Shown here in pieces: positions 12,744 to 25,402 of a stretch of 64,000 nucleotides of DNA. The DNA is taken from positions 1 through 64,000 of the forward strand of contig QPGO01000090.1 of the NCBI GenBank assembly GCA_008632985.1. Reading direction: 5' to 3'. Origin of the DNA: Psammoneis japonica (taxonomy: Eukaryota). The stretch's first letter is position 1, and every line of letters starts with the position of its first letter. Made by a program: the position numbers and the translations under genes. A model generated the notes under the pieces. It was not told where the DNA came from and did no database searches. It was given only the letters and a program-made list of their open reading frames with translations.

Positions 12744-13879
12744 CTTTTTCTTGCACCGTTGGATTGCGCTGTGCAAAAAAAAGTGAGAAGTTGTGTTTGT
12801 GTCCAGCGTTGCGCGACAATCTTGTCCAATTCTCCAGATTTTTCTGGTACAAATCGTACACCCACGGCCACGTGAAAAAGACAATTGAGTGCGAGCTGGA
12901 TTGATCGTGACAAAATTTGTTGTCCACTTCACTCCTAAATGTCAAACAGTGTGATACTAAAATGCATTATACGGCCGGAAAGGGGGTGGTCGACCGTCGA
13001 AATGCAACATTTAATGTGATTACGTGACTTTCCTTGATAAATGTTGTAATACCAGATTAATTGTAGGAAAGACAAAAAAGATTTTATCACTCGTTAGCTT
13101 AGCGTAATGAGCATGCCGTTGCAAATGGTCATTTAAGAAGCTTTGGTTTTTGTGCTGTTGTTTTAATACAGCCCATGGACAATCAAATAAGTAATTCGTT
13201 GTTAAATGTTATCTTTTTTTCGCTTCCGAATTTCTCACATCGATTTGTCTTAGCTTGTTTCGCGCGGCCAAACGCACAATGGACAAGGACAGATCGATCT
13301 TATCTGTGCCCCGGAGGAAAATCCATTTCACGTGTTTTCTCCAATGATTCTTTCGACATTGCAACATGTCGCTTGCTTGCGGGTGAATCAGCTGTTGTCG
13401 AGGGAGTGCATCCATTGGAGTTTCTTCCGCGAGGTCTGAGGTGCTATCCTGCCGGCGATGTCAATTGGAATGCAAGCCTTAGCAGTTCCAGCTGGTGCCG
13501 CAGGGATGGATTGTCAACACCGGTATGTTCAACCGGCCTGTCCTCCCACCTTCCCCATTCCAGAGAGACTCGTCAAATTGACACAAAGTGAACCAGGCAG
13601 AATCACGGAGCTTCGAAAGACCATCAAAACCCCTGAAGCAAGAAAAAAAAGAGATTTAAGCGCAGCGAAATCGGCAAAAGCCTCATGCTGACAATGAGAC
13701 GGAGAAGAACGAGTCAAAATTCACCCCCCCCCAACCCCCTGCTCACAAAACACCAAAAGGAGATAGCTTTAAAATCGCGTAGAACGCATCACTTGTTAAT
13801 GATATCGGGGAGCGATAATGCCACGCGAGACTCCAGAAATCTACGATTGATTTTAAAGTAATAGTACAAGAGTAGCTAC

Positions 13880-15325
13880 TCAGATCGATTGAAGTGACGC
13901 TGCTTGTTCCTCACTGATAATGCCTGCAGCTACTCCTCTTGTAAGCGTCCGCTTCAACTCATCATTCGAACTTGTTTCGTTCCCCGAAACTTCTTGCAAA
14001 GCTGACTCGAGCTCTTGCATTTGCCTATGAAAGCCCGGATCTACCCCCTTGGCTCCCCCTTCTGGTACTTTAAAAAGATAAGCAGTCGCTCGCGCCGCTG
14101 TGCTCGAGGACGTGTCAAAGCGGGCAAAGTAGTCACACCAAACCGCAGCGTCCACCATGAGTGGCACACACAAAATGGAATCCATGCATCGGGTATACGT
14201 CAACATTGTGTGAGGACATGATAGAAACCCAAGAGATGTGTATTCTACCACATCACGTTTCTCGTCCAGCATCATGGGCGTATACATGACCCTCACTTGA
14301 TGATCGAGATCCTTCTCTTGCCATGGGCCAAAGATGCTGGACTTGACGCGCATTTTGGCACCGACCGTTTTCTTGGAGGTCAGATTCAGCATGTCATTGT
14401 TTCCCAAGTGGTTGGAGCTGGCAATGACGCGTGGCGTGAGTCCCAAGGCCCGTATGTATTCGACCGCAGCCGTCTTGAACTTAGTCTGTCCAGCCTTAAA
14501 GTCGGTTCCAAGTAAATAGGCTGGATCAGTCGAAACGTCTTGAAACCTTTGTAATTGGACACTGCCCTTGGCTCTGTACGATGATTCATACAGCTCACTC
14601 ATGGCTGGCGAAAGCGTGTTTTGAGACCCACCATTTACAAAAGAACATCCTTCGAGCGCAGACGCAACCGCGTAAAGCATGGAAGGCGAAATGTCGCAAT
14701 CCTCTGGATTTTTCGTACAAATCGCATCCAAGAGCTCGTCTGCCTTTTCAAACTCTGCCTCTGCTGGACGTTCCACACTAGCGGACCAAATGACAGTCGT
14801 GTGGCCGTCAACCTGGTTGTCGCGGATAAATGTACGAATATCGTTTCGCAGATGCTCCACTCTCGAAAGAAACGATGGTGTGTCGGATACAATGTGCGTG
14901 GCCGTATCGTGCTGACTCTCTCCGAGAAACGAAGCATCGTATACGCCCTTGAGAATAGTCATGTTGTTCATGTCGTCTCGTACTTGTCGGACCAAGTCGT
15001 AGTCCAACACTCGCGACTCGTACAGCGCATCACCCAACCGTGTAGGACGAATATCCCAACCACCAACGGCCGCCTCTGCTGCATCCGCAAGATCAAAACG
15101 CCCCTTGAACCCTACACCACCGTGTAAACCTCGAGGAGGTATTTGGGTAATGCATCCATTCCAATTGGGTGCTTGGACGCGGCCGGCAGCAGAAGTTTCC
15201 CAAGCCAACGATTGGTTGTTTGCCAAGTGGCCTGCTACCAGCGTTACTCCGTTGTTTCCTCCCAAACCAACAATCAAGATACCAATCTTTTTTGGAGCAG
15301 CTGTTTTGGTGGCGTCGGTGTTCAT
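13880..15325 (-). CDS. INO1: myo-inositol-1-phosphate synthase
   Basis: Motifs [49 protein letters not shown] and [10 protein letters not shown]. Confidence 0.93.
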   Translation of the reverse strand: MNTDATKTAAPKKIGILIVGLGGNNGVTLVAGHLANNQSLAWETSAAGRVQAPNWNGCITQIPPRGLHGGVGFKGRFDLADAAEAAVGGWDIRPTRLGDALYESRVLDYDLVRQVRDDMNNMTILKGVYDASFLGESQHDTATHIVSDTPSFLSRVEHLRNDIRTFIRDNQVDGHTTVIWSASVERPAEAEFEKADELLDAICTKNPEDCDISPSMLYAVASALEGCSFVNGGSQNTLSPAMSELYESSYRAKGSVQLQRFQDVSTDPAYLLGTDFKAGQTKFKTAAVEYIRALGLTPRVIASSNHLGNNDMLNLTSKKTVGAKMRVKSSIFGPWQEKDLDHQVRVMYTPMMLDEKRDVVEYTSLGFLSCPHTMLTYTRCMDSILCVPLMVDAAVWCDYFARFDTSSSTAARATAYLFKVPEGGAKGVDPGFHRQMQELESALQEVSGNETSSNDELKRTLTRGVAAGIISEEQAASLQSI

Positions 15326-15429
15326 GGTGCTTCGTAATCAACGCCGATCGCTCTAATGCAACTCTCCTCGCCGCATTGTTGTGTCGCGGCAACCGTCTCT
15401 CCACAAGTACGTACGTACGCTGACGTACG

Positions 15430-16343
15430 GGAGGCACAAACGCCTCTCCTGCATCGTCCCGGGCGCTTGCTCATCTCTTCGCTCAGTGCCACCAGCCGCA
15501 TTGAGGAAGCCCACTGAAAGATGGCGCCGCATCCTCCTGCAGACCTGGATCATTTGTCTCATTAGCTGGGAGCTGCTCGCAGGAGTTGTCAGGAGAGTCT
15601 GGGAAAGGGGAGATCCCCTTGTGTCATCATCACATCCCCAAGATCTCTCAAAGAACTTCTTCTTCCTGAGTTGAGGAGGACGCTCTTCCTGTTTTGGCGC
15701 GTGCCAACCTGACTCCAGCTCCACTTGGCTTGCTTGTTGGAAAGCTGTTGGCACTTGCTGACCAGTCTTGCAGCTCTCTGCTCACATGACAAAGCCGCCA
15801 GCTTTGACAAAGCAGCAGCAGTTGAAAAATCAACACACGAAGTGTGCAGGCCAGCAAATGACTTTCTTTTCCAGAGCAGGCACTGATGCGTGGCGCCAGC
15901 CATCTGAAAAATGTGGCCAGCACATGATGTGTCTGCACAAACTGCACACCTGAATCTGGGTCATGCACCCAAAAGGCAAATCTTGGCAGCTTTGTTGTCA
16001 CATTTGTCTGATCTTTGCAGCAGCACAGGTCAAGGTGTCAATGTGCAGAGCTCTCATGACATTGAGAGCAAAGAACAAACACTGCGCTGTGGTGGTGAGA
16101 GAGCGTGGCAAGAGTGCTGCTGGCGTTGTAGAGCGAGCTTGTGACGCGAGCAAAAAGATGGGGTCAGAGGTTGTCATGGGTCTCTCATTGTCATGTTGAA
16201 CTGGCCATGTCACACTCAAATTGCAGCACTCAAAATTTTCCCAACAACTCTCTCAACAAGATTTATCTCTCATCTCAAAACAGCATGATGAGCAGCAGCA
16301 CGCCATGGCTCCAGCATGCATGTGCACGCACGCACGCACGAAC
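15430..16343. other. TpA-depleted degenerate block next to the LTR element
   Basis: Almost no TA. Ends in catgcatgtg(cacg)4 immediately before the LTR. Confidence 0.55.
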
Positions 16344-17576
16344 TGACAGGATTTGAACAGGATTTAGGTGCGCGCGAAATGTCGCGCGCTGTTTAGTTTA
16401 CCGCGCACAGTTTTGTGTGCTTTAGTTCCGCGCGTTCGCGCGCGATGTAGTTTGCTTTCAAGCCACAAGGCTCACAAGAATAACAACAGCAGCCCGATTG
16501 TACCGACTCACACGTCTTTCGGCTCCTGCAACGGTCTCTGAGCGGAGACTCATCTGCCATTTAGACAGCAGCAAGGAGTTGTTGTTTGAATTCTTGCCAT
16601 TTGCCTCCAATTTCTGTCAGATTGACAGTCTTGCTCATTGTCAACCCATTGAGCAACCGCCATCGTCGTTGTTGATTTGCCAATGACGCCATTTCAATTC
16701 TACGTGGACCTCCGTGTGTGTTCTACATACATCGGCAAGTCTACGCGCATTCAACACCAGGGCATCGGCAGGAAGTTAACGTCACCGTCAAGTCTCCTTG
16801 CCGCTGGATGTCTGGATTGATCACACTGCCTTTGATCGCTGAAGACACACATTCAACGGGTCATGTCCAAGTCTGTCCTTGATCCTCATCCCTTGACATG
16901 CCTGTTCATCGGTCAACGGTCAAGAACCCTGTGTGTTCAAGGATCTTCGTCGCTGAAGACACACACATGTGCACACATCTTCACGGCCAAGAACCTGCAC
17001 CCACTCTTCGGACTGCGGTTTTGCTGCCACTCTACAAGCACACCGAGTCCATTGTGCCTGATCCACCCCGGACTGCTGGTGCTCTGCAGTTCTGCTGGGT
17101 CCACGAGGACGACTGTGAGAGCAAGCAGCCGTGATTGCAGCCTGCGTTGGGGCGAGGGTGCTTTCCCGCGTTTGTTCGTTCGTCCACAGCGCCCAATGCC
17201 TGCGTCAACTGGCCAGCCTGATCGGGAAATCCAACCGATGTAAAATGAGAACGGTTCGGGGGTCTTGTCCACCTCCAGTCAGCTTGCCTGCAGGGGTTTA
17301 CAACCCGCCACTCCGCTCGCAAGCAACCCAAAGCGCCGCCAGCTGCGGGTTCGGACGTGCCGGCACAACTCTACGGACCGGACAGGAAGTTTAGCACTCA
17401 ACAACGAACGGGATAGCACAGCCCGGCGACTTCTGATTTTAAGATGGTCCAAGATTTCAAGTCAAGTCTAGCTCAAGTCAAGTCTTTTTCAAGCCAAGTT
17501 CCAAGTCAAAACTCCGAGTCAAGATCGCGCTCTAGATTGGTTCCTGTCTTTCGTTTCTACTGCACCGTCCTCCGTC

Positions 17577-19717
17577 ATGGTTCTCACGCGACAGCAACAA
17601 ACCGAAAGCTTCAAATGCATTCTAGGCACTGTGCTCAATCAAGACGATGACAGCCCTCTTCATTCTGCCCTCTCCATCAACGGGATTGAATCGTGCGAGG
17701 AATTGTTCACGTTCTTGCCCACCCAAATTGACGCCCTCACTTACAGAGACGGCGCCAATGTGGTGCCTTTGCCACGGACCCACAGAAACCTCCTAGCAGC
17801 TTTGATCAGCTTCTACTTTGTCAAAGTTTGCAATGGTGATGATGTGACCAATGAACCCCAGTTGCTCACACCCGAGGAATTTCGCAACTGCCGCCTTGGT
17901 CCGGACTGCTTGACCTCTCTAGCCACTGGCGCAGCACCCTCCGCACCTGTGCCGAGTCCCTTGCCATCCAAACCAGATGAACCCAGTGCCATTTTGACAC
18001 CAGCCTTGCACTGTGCCGCCACTCAGGTGTCCCCTGGAAGTGGTGTCAGTCGCGCCCCGCATGTCTTGACCAACCCGCCTGCAAGCAACCTCGGCCCAGT
18101 GCAGGATTGCAGCCCTTGCACAGGCCCGCACTTCGAGACCAGTTGGGACACTCCACCCATGGCTTCCAAAGCTGCAGTCTTTGCACCCCGCAAACCACGT
18201 GCTGCCAACCTCCACGTGTCGACTTCTGTCGCTGTCACCCTTCACAGTCTTCGTTTGGGAAGTGATGGAGGTGACAACTTGCTTCTTGCATCTCCTGATG
18301 GGGAGCCTCCTTTTCCCGTCATTGAATCTGTTCACAACAGTTCAACCGGTTCATCAGATGGGGAGTTCAGGACATCCAAGCAGCTTTGTTGTCTTCGGAT
18401 CCTCCAAGCATCGCACCATGAGACCAGGCCTCCTGATTGGATGCCCCAAGTCTCGCACCTCGAGACTGGGCCTCCTGATTGGATGCCCCAAGTCTCGTAC
18501 CTCGAGACTGGGCCTCCTGATTGGATGCCCCAAGTCTCGTACCTTGAGACTGGGCCTCCTGATTGGATGCCCCTGATTGGATGCCCCAAGTCTCGTGCCT
18601 CGAGACCAGGTCTCCTGATTGGATGCCTCAAGTCTCGTACCTCGAGACTGGGCCTCCTGATTGGATGCCTCAAGTCTCGTACCTCGAGACCAGGCCTCCT
18701 GGTTGGATGCCCCAAGTCTCGCACCTCGAGACTGGGCCTCCTGATTGGATGCCCCAAGTCTCATACCTCGAGACTGGGCCTCCTGATTGGATGCCTCAAG
18801 TCTCACACCTCGAGACTGGGCCTCCTGATTGGATGCCCCAAGTCTCGTACCTTGAGACCAGGTCTCCTGATTGGATGTCCCAAGTCTCGCACCTCGAGAC
18901 TGGGCCTCCTGATTGGATGCCTCAAGTCTCGTGCCTCGAGACTGGGCCTCCTGATTGGATGCCCCAAGTGTCGTACATCGAGACTGGGCCTCCTGATCGG
19001 ATGACCCAAGTCTCGTGCCTTGAGGCCAGGCCTCCCAACTGGACTCTCCACGTCTCATGCCTCAAGACCGGGCCTCCCAATTGGATCCTCCACGTCTCAT
19101 GCCTCAAGACTCGGCCTCCGGATTGGATCCCTCAAGTCTTGCGCCACGAGACTCGGCCTCCTGATTGGATCCCCCAAGTCTCGCACCTCAAGACTTGGCC
19201 TCCTGGTTGGATCCCCGAAGACTCGTGTCACAACACTGGCAAGTCCTTTTGGATCCCAGAAGTCTTGCAGCACGGGACTGGTTGCCCCAATCAGACATCT
19301 GCAGCCTTGCACCACAAGATGTCTTGCTCCAATCCGATCCCCGAAGGCTTGCACCTTGAGACTCGTTTCTCCAATTGGATCAGTCTCTCAGGAGATGCAG
19401 TCGGACTGGTGGAACACAAGACCACTGCTTGTGCCTTTGAACTGATGCTTGCTCTGTTCCCCGAGTCGTGCAAACGCCATGCCGCCTGCAATGTTGCCCC
19501 ACCGTTCAACATTGTCAACCAGACCAAGCTTTGCTCCTTCCATTGCAAGCGCGGATGTGGAATCCCACAAGATCCCAAGTGTGCCTTGAGCTTTGAAAAG
19601 CACAATGGCATCTGCAATTGGGGAGATGCAGCTCATCTCAAGATGACCCACTTGGAGAATGCAACGTTGCTCTCGGATCTTGATCCTTTCTTGTCTCCTC
19701 ATGTTTTGGTGCTTTGA
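17577..19717 (+). pseudogene. Gag-like ORF with 14-aa repeats and a short pol remnant, frameshifted near 18570
   Basis: N-terminus MVLTRQQQTESFKCILGTVLNQDDDSPLHSAL resembles diatom Copia Gag N-termini (from memory). C-terminal IVNQTKLCSF..GIPQDPKCALSFEKHNGICNWGDA resembles the Copia segment just before RT. Confidence 0.6.
18420..19230 (+). repeat. 42-bp tandem repeat, about 20 units (ETGPPDWMPQVSYL)
   Basis: Consensus gagactgggcctcctgattggatgccccaagtctcgtacctc, with no spacers between units. Confidence 0.92.
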
Positions 19718-19951
19718 CTCCAAAGTTCTTTGGTCAATCCGAAGTCGAATCTGTTTCTGTGGCTCCTCAAGCAAACTGGGGAGTGACAGGATTTGAACAG
19801 GATTTGGGTGCGCGCGAAATGTTGTGTGCTGTTTAGTTTGCCGCGCACAGTTTTGTGTGCTTTGGTTCCGCGCGTTCGCGTGCGATGCAGTTTGCTTTCG
19901 AGCCACAAGGCTCACAAGAACAATGACAGCAGCCCGATCACACCGACTTGC

Positions 19952-20506
19952 GACGTGTTCCAGCTGCACGTGAACCAAATCGTGCACAAAAACGACATTT
20001 GCGCGATTTTTGCGCGGTCCCTAACTTGCGATCGAACTTTCACCACCAAAAGTGTAGATTCACACAAATGCAAATGTTTTGCAACACCAACAAGACTCGT
20101 GTGAGTGTTGCAATGTCATTGTCATTGTGCTGTCTGTGTTTTTCATTGCGCCAAAAGATTCGCAACACAACGGATGATTTTCGGTGAAAACATTGCCGTT
20201 GTTTGGATGTTGCCCAAACACATCTTTCTACGATGCCACTTGGCAGGTTTTCCACCTGCAAAAAAATCTCAGCATGAATCTGCTGACGTGCAATCAGTGT
20301 TGAGTCCACTGAGGAAGTTCATGATGCATGTCCCATGAGGATTTGAACACACCTCAAAAAACCATTTAAATGTTCACACTCTAGAAGCCCATGAAAGTCA
20401 ATCCGTCTGAGTGTTTTTGCCAAAATGCTGTGCACACTAAAATGTGCACAAATTACACTCAAAATCCGATTGTCGTTTTGTGCGTCACCTGGGACTGGAA
20501 CACGTC
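19952..20506. mobile_element. 555-bp MITE inserted in the 3' LTR
   Basis: 12-bp TIR gacgtgttccag / ctggaacacgtc. 4-bp TSD TTGC at 19948-19951 and 20507-20510. Removing it restores the 276-bp LTR. Confidence 0.88.
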
Positions 20507-20635
20507 TTGCACGTCTTTCAGCTCCTGCAACGGTCTCTGAGCGGAGACTCATCTGCCACTTAGACAGCAGTGAGGAGTTGTTGTTTGAATTCTTGCCATT
20601 TGCCTCCAATTTCTGTCACGAACTACAGCAACTAC

Positions 20636-20949
20636 CTGATTGTCATAGAAAATCTGTACGAAAATCAAAATCTGTACCTATTTTTGAGGGGCTTGAAAAA
20701 ATCTGTACCCATTCTGAACGGAAATCTGGAATCTGTACTCCAGTACAAATTTACGTAGGATGTACGTAGAACGCGCCAGGCCTACCTGGAAGGGGTTCTT
20801 CAAATCTGAGAAAATCCAAAGCCAGTTTTAGCAAAATCAATGAAAATCTATACTTTTTGAGAATCTGTACCTATTTCTCCGGAAGCCTTGAAAATCTGTA
20901 GCTATTTTTTAAACCAAAATCTGGAGTACAGATTTTCTATGATAATCAG
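20636..20949. mobile_element. 314-bp MITE with 24-bp TIRs and internal AAAATCTGTAC repeats
   Basis: Left end ctgattgtcatagaaaatctgtac; right end reverse-complemented ctgattatcatagaaaatctgtac. Flanked by TAC on both sides. About eight copies or variants of aaaatctgtac. Confidence 0.8.
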
Positions 20950-21368
20950 TACGGTAACTTGAAACTTCTACGGTAAAAGCACAGCACCCTAAATACAAAA
21001 AGGTTGACACATCAAACGTGTGCACGACCGCTTTGCTCTTTTTATGCGATAGTAACCGTTTTTAAATGTATAAAATATTTAATATTTATATGTTGTTGTG
21101 GCTATTGCAACGGTACTGTGTATATATTCATACATTTATACATGACTGACTTGCACATTTTCGGTGCGCATTGCTGTTTCTCATCAAATTTCGCGTCCGT
21201 CATTTTCAGAAGAAGTGGTCCATGAGCAATCACGCCGGGCGGGGCGGCGGTGCAACGGGACGACGGAGCATACTGCAGTCTGGCGGTTCCAAACAGTAGT
21301 TGTTTGTAGTTGAAAGAGAAAGCACCACATTGTGTGTGTATGTGAATATTGCGTACTACTGAAGCATC

Positions 21369-22656
21369 ATGTGTTGTTGCTGTTGTCCACCGGCCATTTC
21401 AGCACTTTTCTGTTTATGGGTTCAAAGTGGCTTTAGCAAGGGCAGTGTCGCGGGTGCCTTGACCTTTTTTCCACCCGAACCACCCCTTTATAAATTTGAA
21501 CGAGTCGATAAGGATGGAAACGTTATACAAGACGAGGATGATGATGATTCGTCGTGTTGTTCTTCGGACAGTGATGAGGATGAATTGGAATTGGTCGAAC
21601 GGACCGATGGTGACAATGACAATGACTTTGTTCAATCCGGCATGGCCCCCAATGCCGAAGAACCCATTTCACCCAAACCGAGCAAGGGTGGTAAAAAACC
21701 AAAATCGGCAGCCCAGCAATTGACGGAACGTGCGGCCAAGCTACGAAAACGTGCCAAACGTCGCGAGGCACAGTGTCAGTGGGATGCTCAGCACGGTGTG
21801 AGTTATGTGTTTTTGATTGATCCACGCTTTTCCGTCCCACCCACCAATGGTGCTACCGTACAAGCCTTGAAATTGCCCAGCAAGAATGCACACATTGCCA
21901 CTCTTATTTATAGAGTTCCCGAAAGCCGCGTCACGTCCAAAACCAAAACCATCATTTACAGTCACGGCAATGCGACGGACATTGGTGCCATGCACGTGTT
22001 GCAATCCATTTTGGTTCATAGTTTGGATGCCCATGTGGTGCTGTATGATTATTCCGGTTATGGTGAAAGCAGTGGTATTCCCATGGAAAAGGCCACCTAT
22101 CAAGATGTCGCAACCGTCTATCAACACGTTCTACAACACGTGGCGGGTGGGAATGCCTCCAGTATTGTGTTGTACGGACAATCGGTTGGCAGTGGACCGA
22201 GTTGTCATCTTTGTACTACCAAAGCAACCAATGTGGGTGGTTTGATTCTACACAGTCCCTTTACGAGTGGGATGCGTGTCTTGACGCCAAGCAGGTATGT
22301 GTGATATTGTTGTGATGCTGAATGATATTTGATATGATTTTCCCATCTTACACTATACGGTATTCGTTTCCATCCCCACTACTACTCTTTCTAGAGCATT
22401 GGCGTGTTTGGACATTTATCCCAATATCAATCGCATCAAAAAAGTCCAATGTCCCGTCATGGTGATTCATGGCAAACTCGATGAAGAAGTCGATGTCAGT
22501 CACGGTATGGCCATGCACAATGCGGTCCCACATCCTTTGCAACGGGAACCATGGTGGGTACCCGATCGTGGTCACAATGACATTACCGAAGGTCCCGGGA
22601 AAATGGCGGAATATGTCCGACGACTACGACGATTTCTCAATTCGATGGATGAATGA
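21369..22656 (+). CDS. ABHD17-like alpha/beta hydrolase (depalmitoylase)
   Basis: N-terminal Cys cluster; motifs LTFFPPEPPLY, SHGNATDIG, YDYSGYG, GQSVG, IHGKLDEEV and GHND. Intron 22295-22394. Confidence 0.88.
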
Positions 22657-22814
22657 ATATGAATAATAATAATGATGTGTATGTATGTAGTGTTTGTTTT
22701 GTTGACTAATAGTATGGTTGTGTTTCAACATGATTGATATGATATTATGACTACCCTCTAGCTACAGTACCCTACTGCACATGTTGTAATCAATCGAAGC
22801 TGATACGTCGGTAG

Positions 22815-23540
22815 CTAATAATGTTTCTTTTTTCGTCTCGATTCTTTCTTTTGTTTCTTGACCACTTGTTTAAAATCCCGATCCTTCCAATCACTTCGTT
22901 TGACCCGAATGGGTCGACTCGACAACCACGTTTGATCCATTTCTCGTAAGGCCGCCGCACATTCCATGGGTTCCAAAAAGGACACAAATCCAAATCCCTT
23001 ACTAGTGTCAGTGGAAGAATCCCGAATCACTCGGGCCATGGCGACACTGGGATATTTGGCCTTGAAATGGTCATGTAGAGATTCGTTGGTGACATCCTTG
23101 GCAAGATTGCCACAAAAAATGCGATAATCATTGGCGGGCCATTCGTCCAAGGTGGGATCGACCCAGGCTTTGCCTGCGGCAAAGCGACGTGTAAAACTTG
23201 ATTGTTGTTGTTGTTGTTGTTTATCGGGTACTTGTTGTTTTTTGGGCTGTTGTTGAGTAGTTGAAGTTTGTGGTGGTTGTAATGCTTTTGTTACTGCAAT
23301 ACTGGAACGAATGACATTCCCATTCGTACTACTACTCGCTGCATCATGAGAATTTGTCTCTTCTTGTTGTTGTTTGGCAGCCACGACTTTTGATCCCGCT
23401 GCTGCAACCACTACACCCAGGGGACGTTTGAGTTTCTTTCTAGGTGGTTCTTCTTGTTGTTCTTCTTTTGCCTTGGCTTCCACCTCGGAAACCTCATCAA
23501 AAAACGCATCCAAATCGTCGGCGGCGGCGGAGGTGGCCAT
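22815..23540 (-). CDS. RRM protein, RBM42-like
   Basis: AAGKAWVDPTLDEWPANDYRIFCGNL, KGFGFVSF and RPIRVKRSDWK. Confidence 0.85.
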   Translation of the reverse strand: MATSAAADDLDAFFDEVSEVEAKAKEEQQEEPPRKKLKRPLGVVVAAAGSKVVAAKQQQEETNSHDAASSSTNGNVIRSSIAVTKALQPPQTSTTQQQPKKQQVPDKQQQQQQSSFTRRFAAGKAWVDPTLDEWPANDYRIFCGNLAKDVTNESLHDHFKAKYPSVAMARVIRDSSTDTSKGFGFVSFLEPMECAAALREMDQTWLSSRPIRVKRSDWKDRDFKQVVKKQKKESRRKKKHY

Positions 23541-23906
23541 GGTGGTGTTTGGATGTGAGTGTGATGTGCTGAAAAGCTGAGAAGAAAGTGACGACGAGCA
23601 GACTGCGAGCCATGCAAGCGGGCGGATGGATGGACGGACATGTGATCAATGCCGGGTGGCAGCAAGATTGAAGGGAAATGAATACCAAAATTAATTATAT
23701 TTTCATAGACTTTTGTTATAATATTTCCATATAATTGCTTATTGACTGTATGTAATTACCTATTTTGGTGTCTCTTTCGCTGAGCTTCGTTGCTCTTCGC
23801 GAAAAAACACACGGCGCATCACGTTGACATTGTTACAGCAACATAACAGCAACAAACCGTATCCATACACTTCTCCATACAACAACAACAACAATATTAT
23901 ACAATC

Positions 23907-25284
23907 ATGTCTGCCGGTGAATGCCAAACGACCAATCGCGGCAATTACGATGACGATGAGGAAAAGGATGACGCTGCTCCTCCTCCGCTGGACGAGGGAG
24001 ACATTGCCCTGCTCAAGAGTTATGGATTGGGTCCCTACACCACGGCCATTAAAACCCTCGAGGAAGAAATCAAGACGCATCAACAGACTGTCAAGGATTT
24101 GATTGGCATTAAAGAGAGTGATACGGGCTTGTCTCAACCGTCTCAATGGGATTTGGTGGGCGATAAGCAAATGATGCAAGAAGAAGCACCACTTCAAGTG
24201 GCACGGTGTACCAAGATTATTGCCGGAGAAGCTTCGGCAGCAGCTGGCAATGAAAATAACGAACAGCCGTCCGCCATGAATAATCCATCCAACGCTGGTC
24301 AGGGCAATAAGTATGTGATTAATGTCAAACAGATTGCAAAATTTGTTGTGGGTTTGGGTGAAAAGGTAGCCCCGACCGACATTGAAGAAGGTATGCGTGT
24401 CGGTGTCGATCGGAGCAAATATTCCATTCAAATTCCCTTGCCACCCAAAATTGATCCCACGGTCAGTCTCATGACGGTGGAAGACAAACCCGATGTGACA
24501 TACGACGATGTCGGTGGTGCCAAGGATGCCATGGAAAAGTTACGGGAAGTCTTGGAATTGCCCCTATTGCATCCGGAACGCTTTGTCACACTCGGCATTG
24601 ACCCACCCAAGGGGGTCTTGTTGTACGGTCCACCGGGAACGGGCAAGACGCTGTCGGCCCGTGCCGTGGCGAATCGGACGGATGCATGCTTTATCCGTGT
24701 GATTGGTTCCGAATTGGTTCAAAAATACGTCGGTGAGGGTGCTCGCATGGTTCGAGAGCTCTTTACCATGGCCCGTTCGAAACGTGCGTGTATTGTCTTT
24801 TTTGATGAAATCGATGCCATTGGCGGGGCCCGTACGGGATCGGATGAAAACGGAAGTGACAATGAAGTCCAACGGACCATGCTTCAGATTGTTACCGAAT
24901 TGGATGGATTTGATTCACGTGGTAACATCAAGGTCCTCATGGCTACGAACCGTCCCGATACGCTCGATCCGGCCTTGCTTCGTCCCGGACGGTTGGATCG
25001 GAAAGTGGAATTTGGATTGCCCGATTTGGAAGGGCGTGGACATATTTTGAGATTCATTCCAAACGCATGAATTGTGATCGGGATATTCGGTTTGAATTGG
25101 TGGCAAGGCTTTGTCCCAATACGACGGGTGCCGAGTTGCACAGTGTCTGTACCGAAGCGGGATGTTTGCCATTCGAGCGAGGCGCAAGTCCGTGTCGGAA
25201 AAGGATTTTTTGGATTCGGTCAATAAGGTGGTCAAGGGATACAAGAAATTTAGTTCGACTCCGAAATATATGGTTTACAACTAG
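23907..25284 (+). CDS. RPT1: 26S proteasome AAA-ATPase subunit 7 (two apparent 1-bp deletions)
   Basis: GIKESDTGL, Walker [19 protein letters not shown]. The conserved C-terminus ([16 protein letters not shown]...[11 protein letters not shown]) is recovered with frameshifts near 25050 and 25160. Confidence 0.93.
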
Positions 25285-25402
25285 ACAGTGAGTGTTGGAG
25301 AGTTGAGAGATGTTGGAGATGTTGATTGGTTTTAGTATAAGAGCGTTCAAACTATAAGTGTAGTTTAGAACTCTATTTTTGTTTTGTACTCGTTTCATTT
25401 AT

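Larger units (their letters stand above)
16344..20618 (+). mobile_element. Non-autonomous Copia (CoDi-like) LTR retroelement, copy 1
   Basis: TG...CA LTRs of 276 bp at 16344-16619 and 19784-20618 (the latter interrupted by a MITE). 5-bp TSD CGAAC at 16339-16343 and 20619-20623. PPT aaactggggag at 19773-19783. No RT, integrase or RNase H motifs seen. Confidence 0.92.

Noticed and set aside
18420..19020. Tyr/His/Cys alternation (TAC/CAC/TGC) in the repeat as proof of TpA mutation
   Set aside because: Ambiguous on its own, because an ancestral CGC could give the same set and an Arg variant exists. The LTR alignment was used instead.
18420..19230. CRISPR-like appearance of the 42-bp repeats
   Set aside because: The units are contiguous with no unique spacers, lie in frame inside an LTR element, and there are no cas genes.
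16344..20618. CpG deamination, RNA editing or RT error as the sole cause of LTR divergence
   Set aside because: CpGs next to the variable sites are intact, and paired LTRs differ in both strand directions, which pre-insertion editing would not produce.
25040..25170. RPT1 (and the FG-GAP, HA and M64 genes) as pseudogenes or programmed frameshifts
   Set aside because: These are isolated 1-bp indels in otherwise conserved sequence. Array copy 4 also has four 1-bp losses in short base runs, so sequencing error is more likely.
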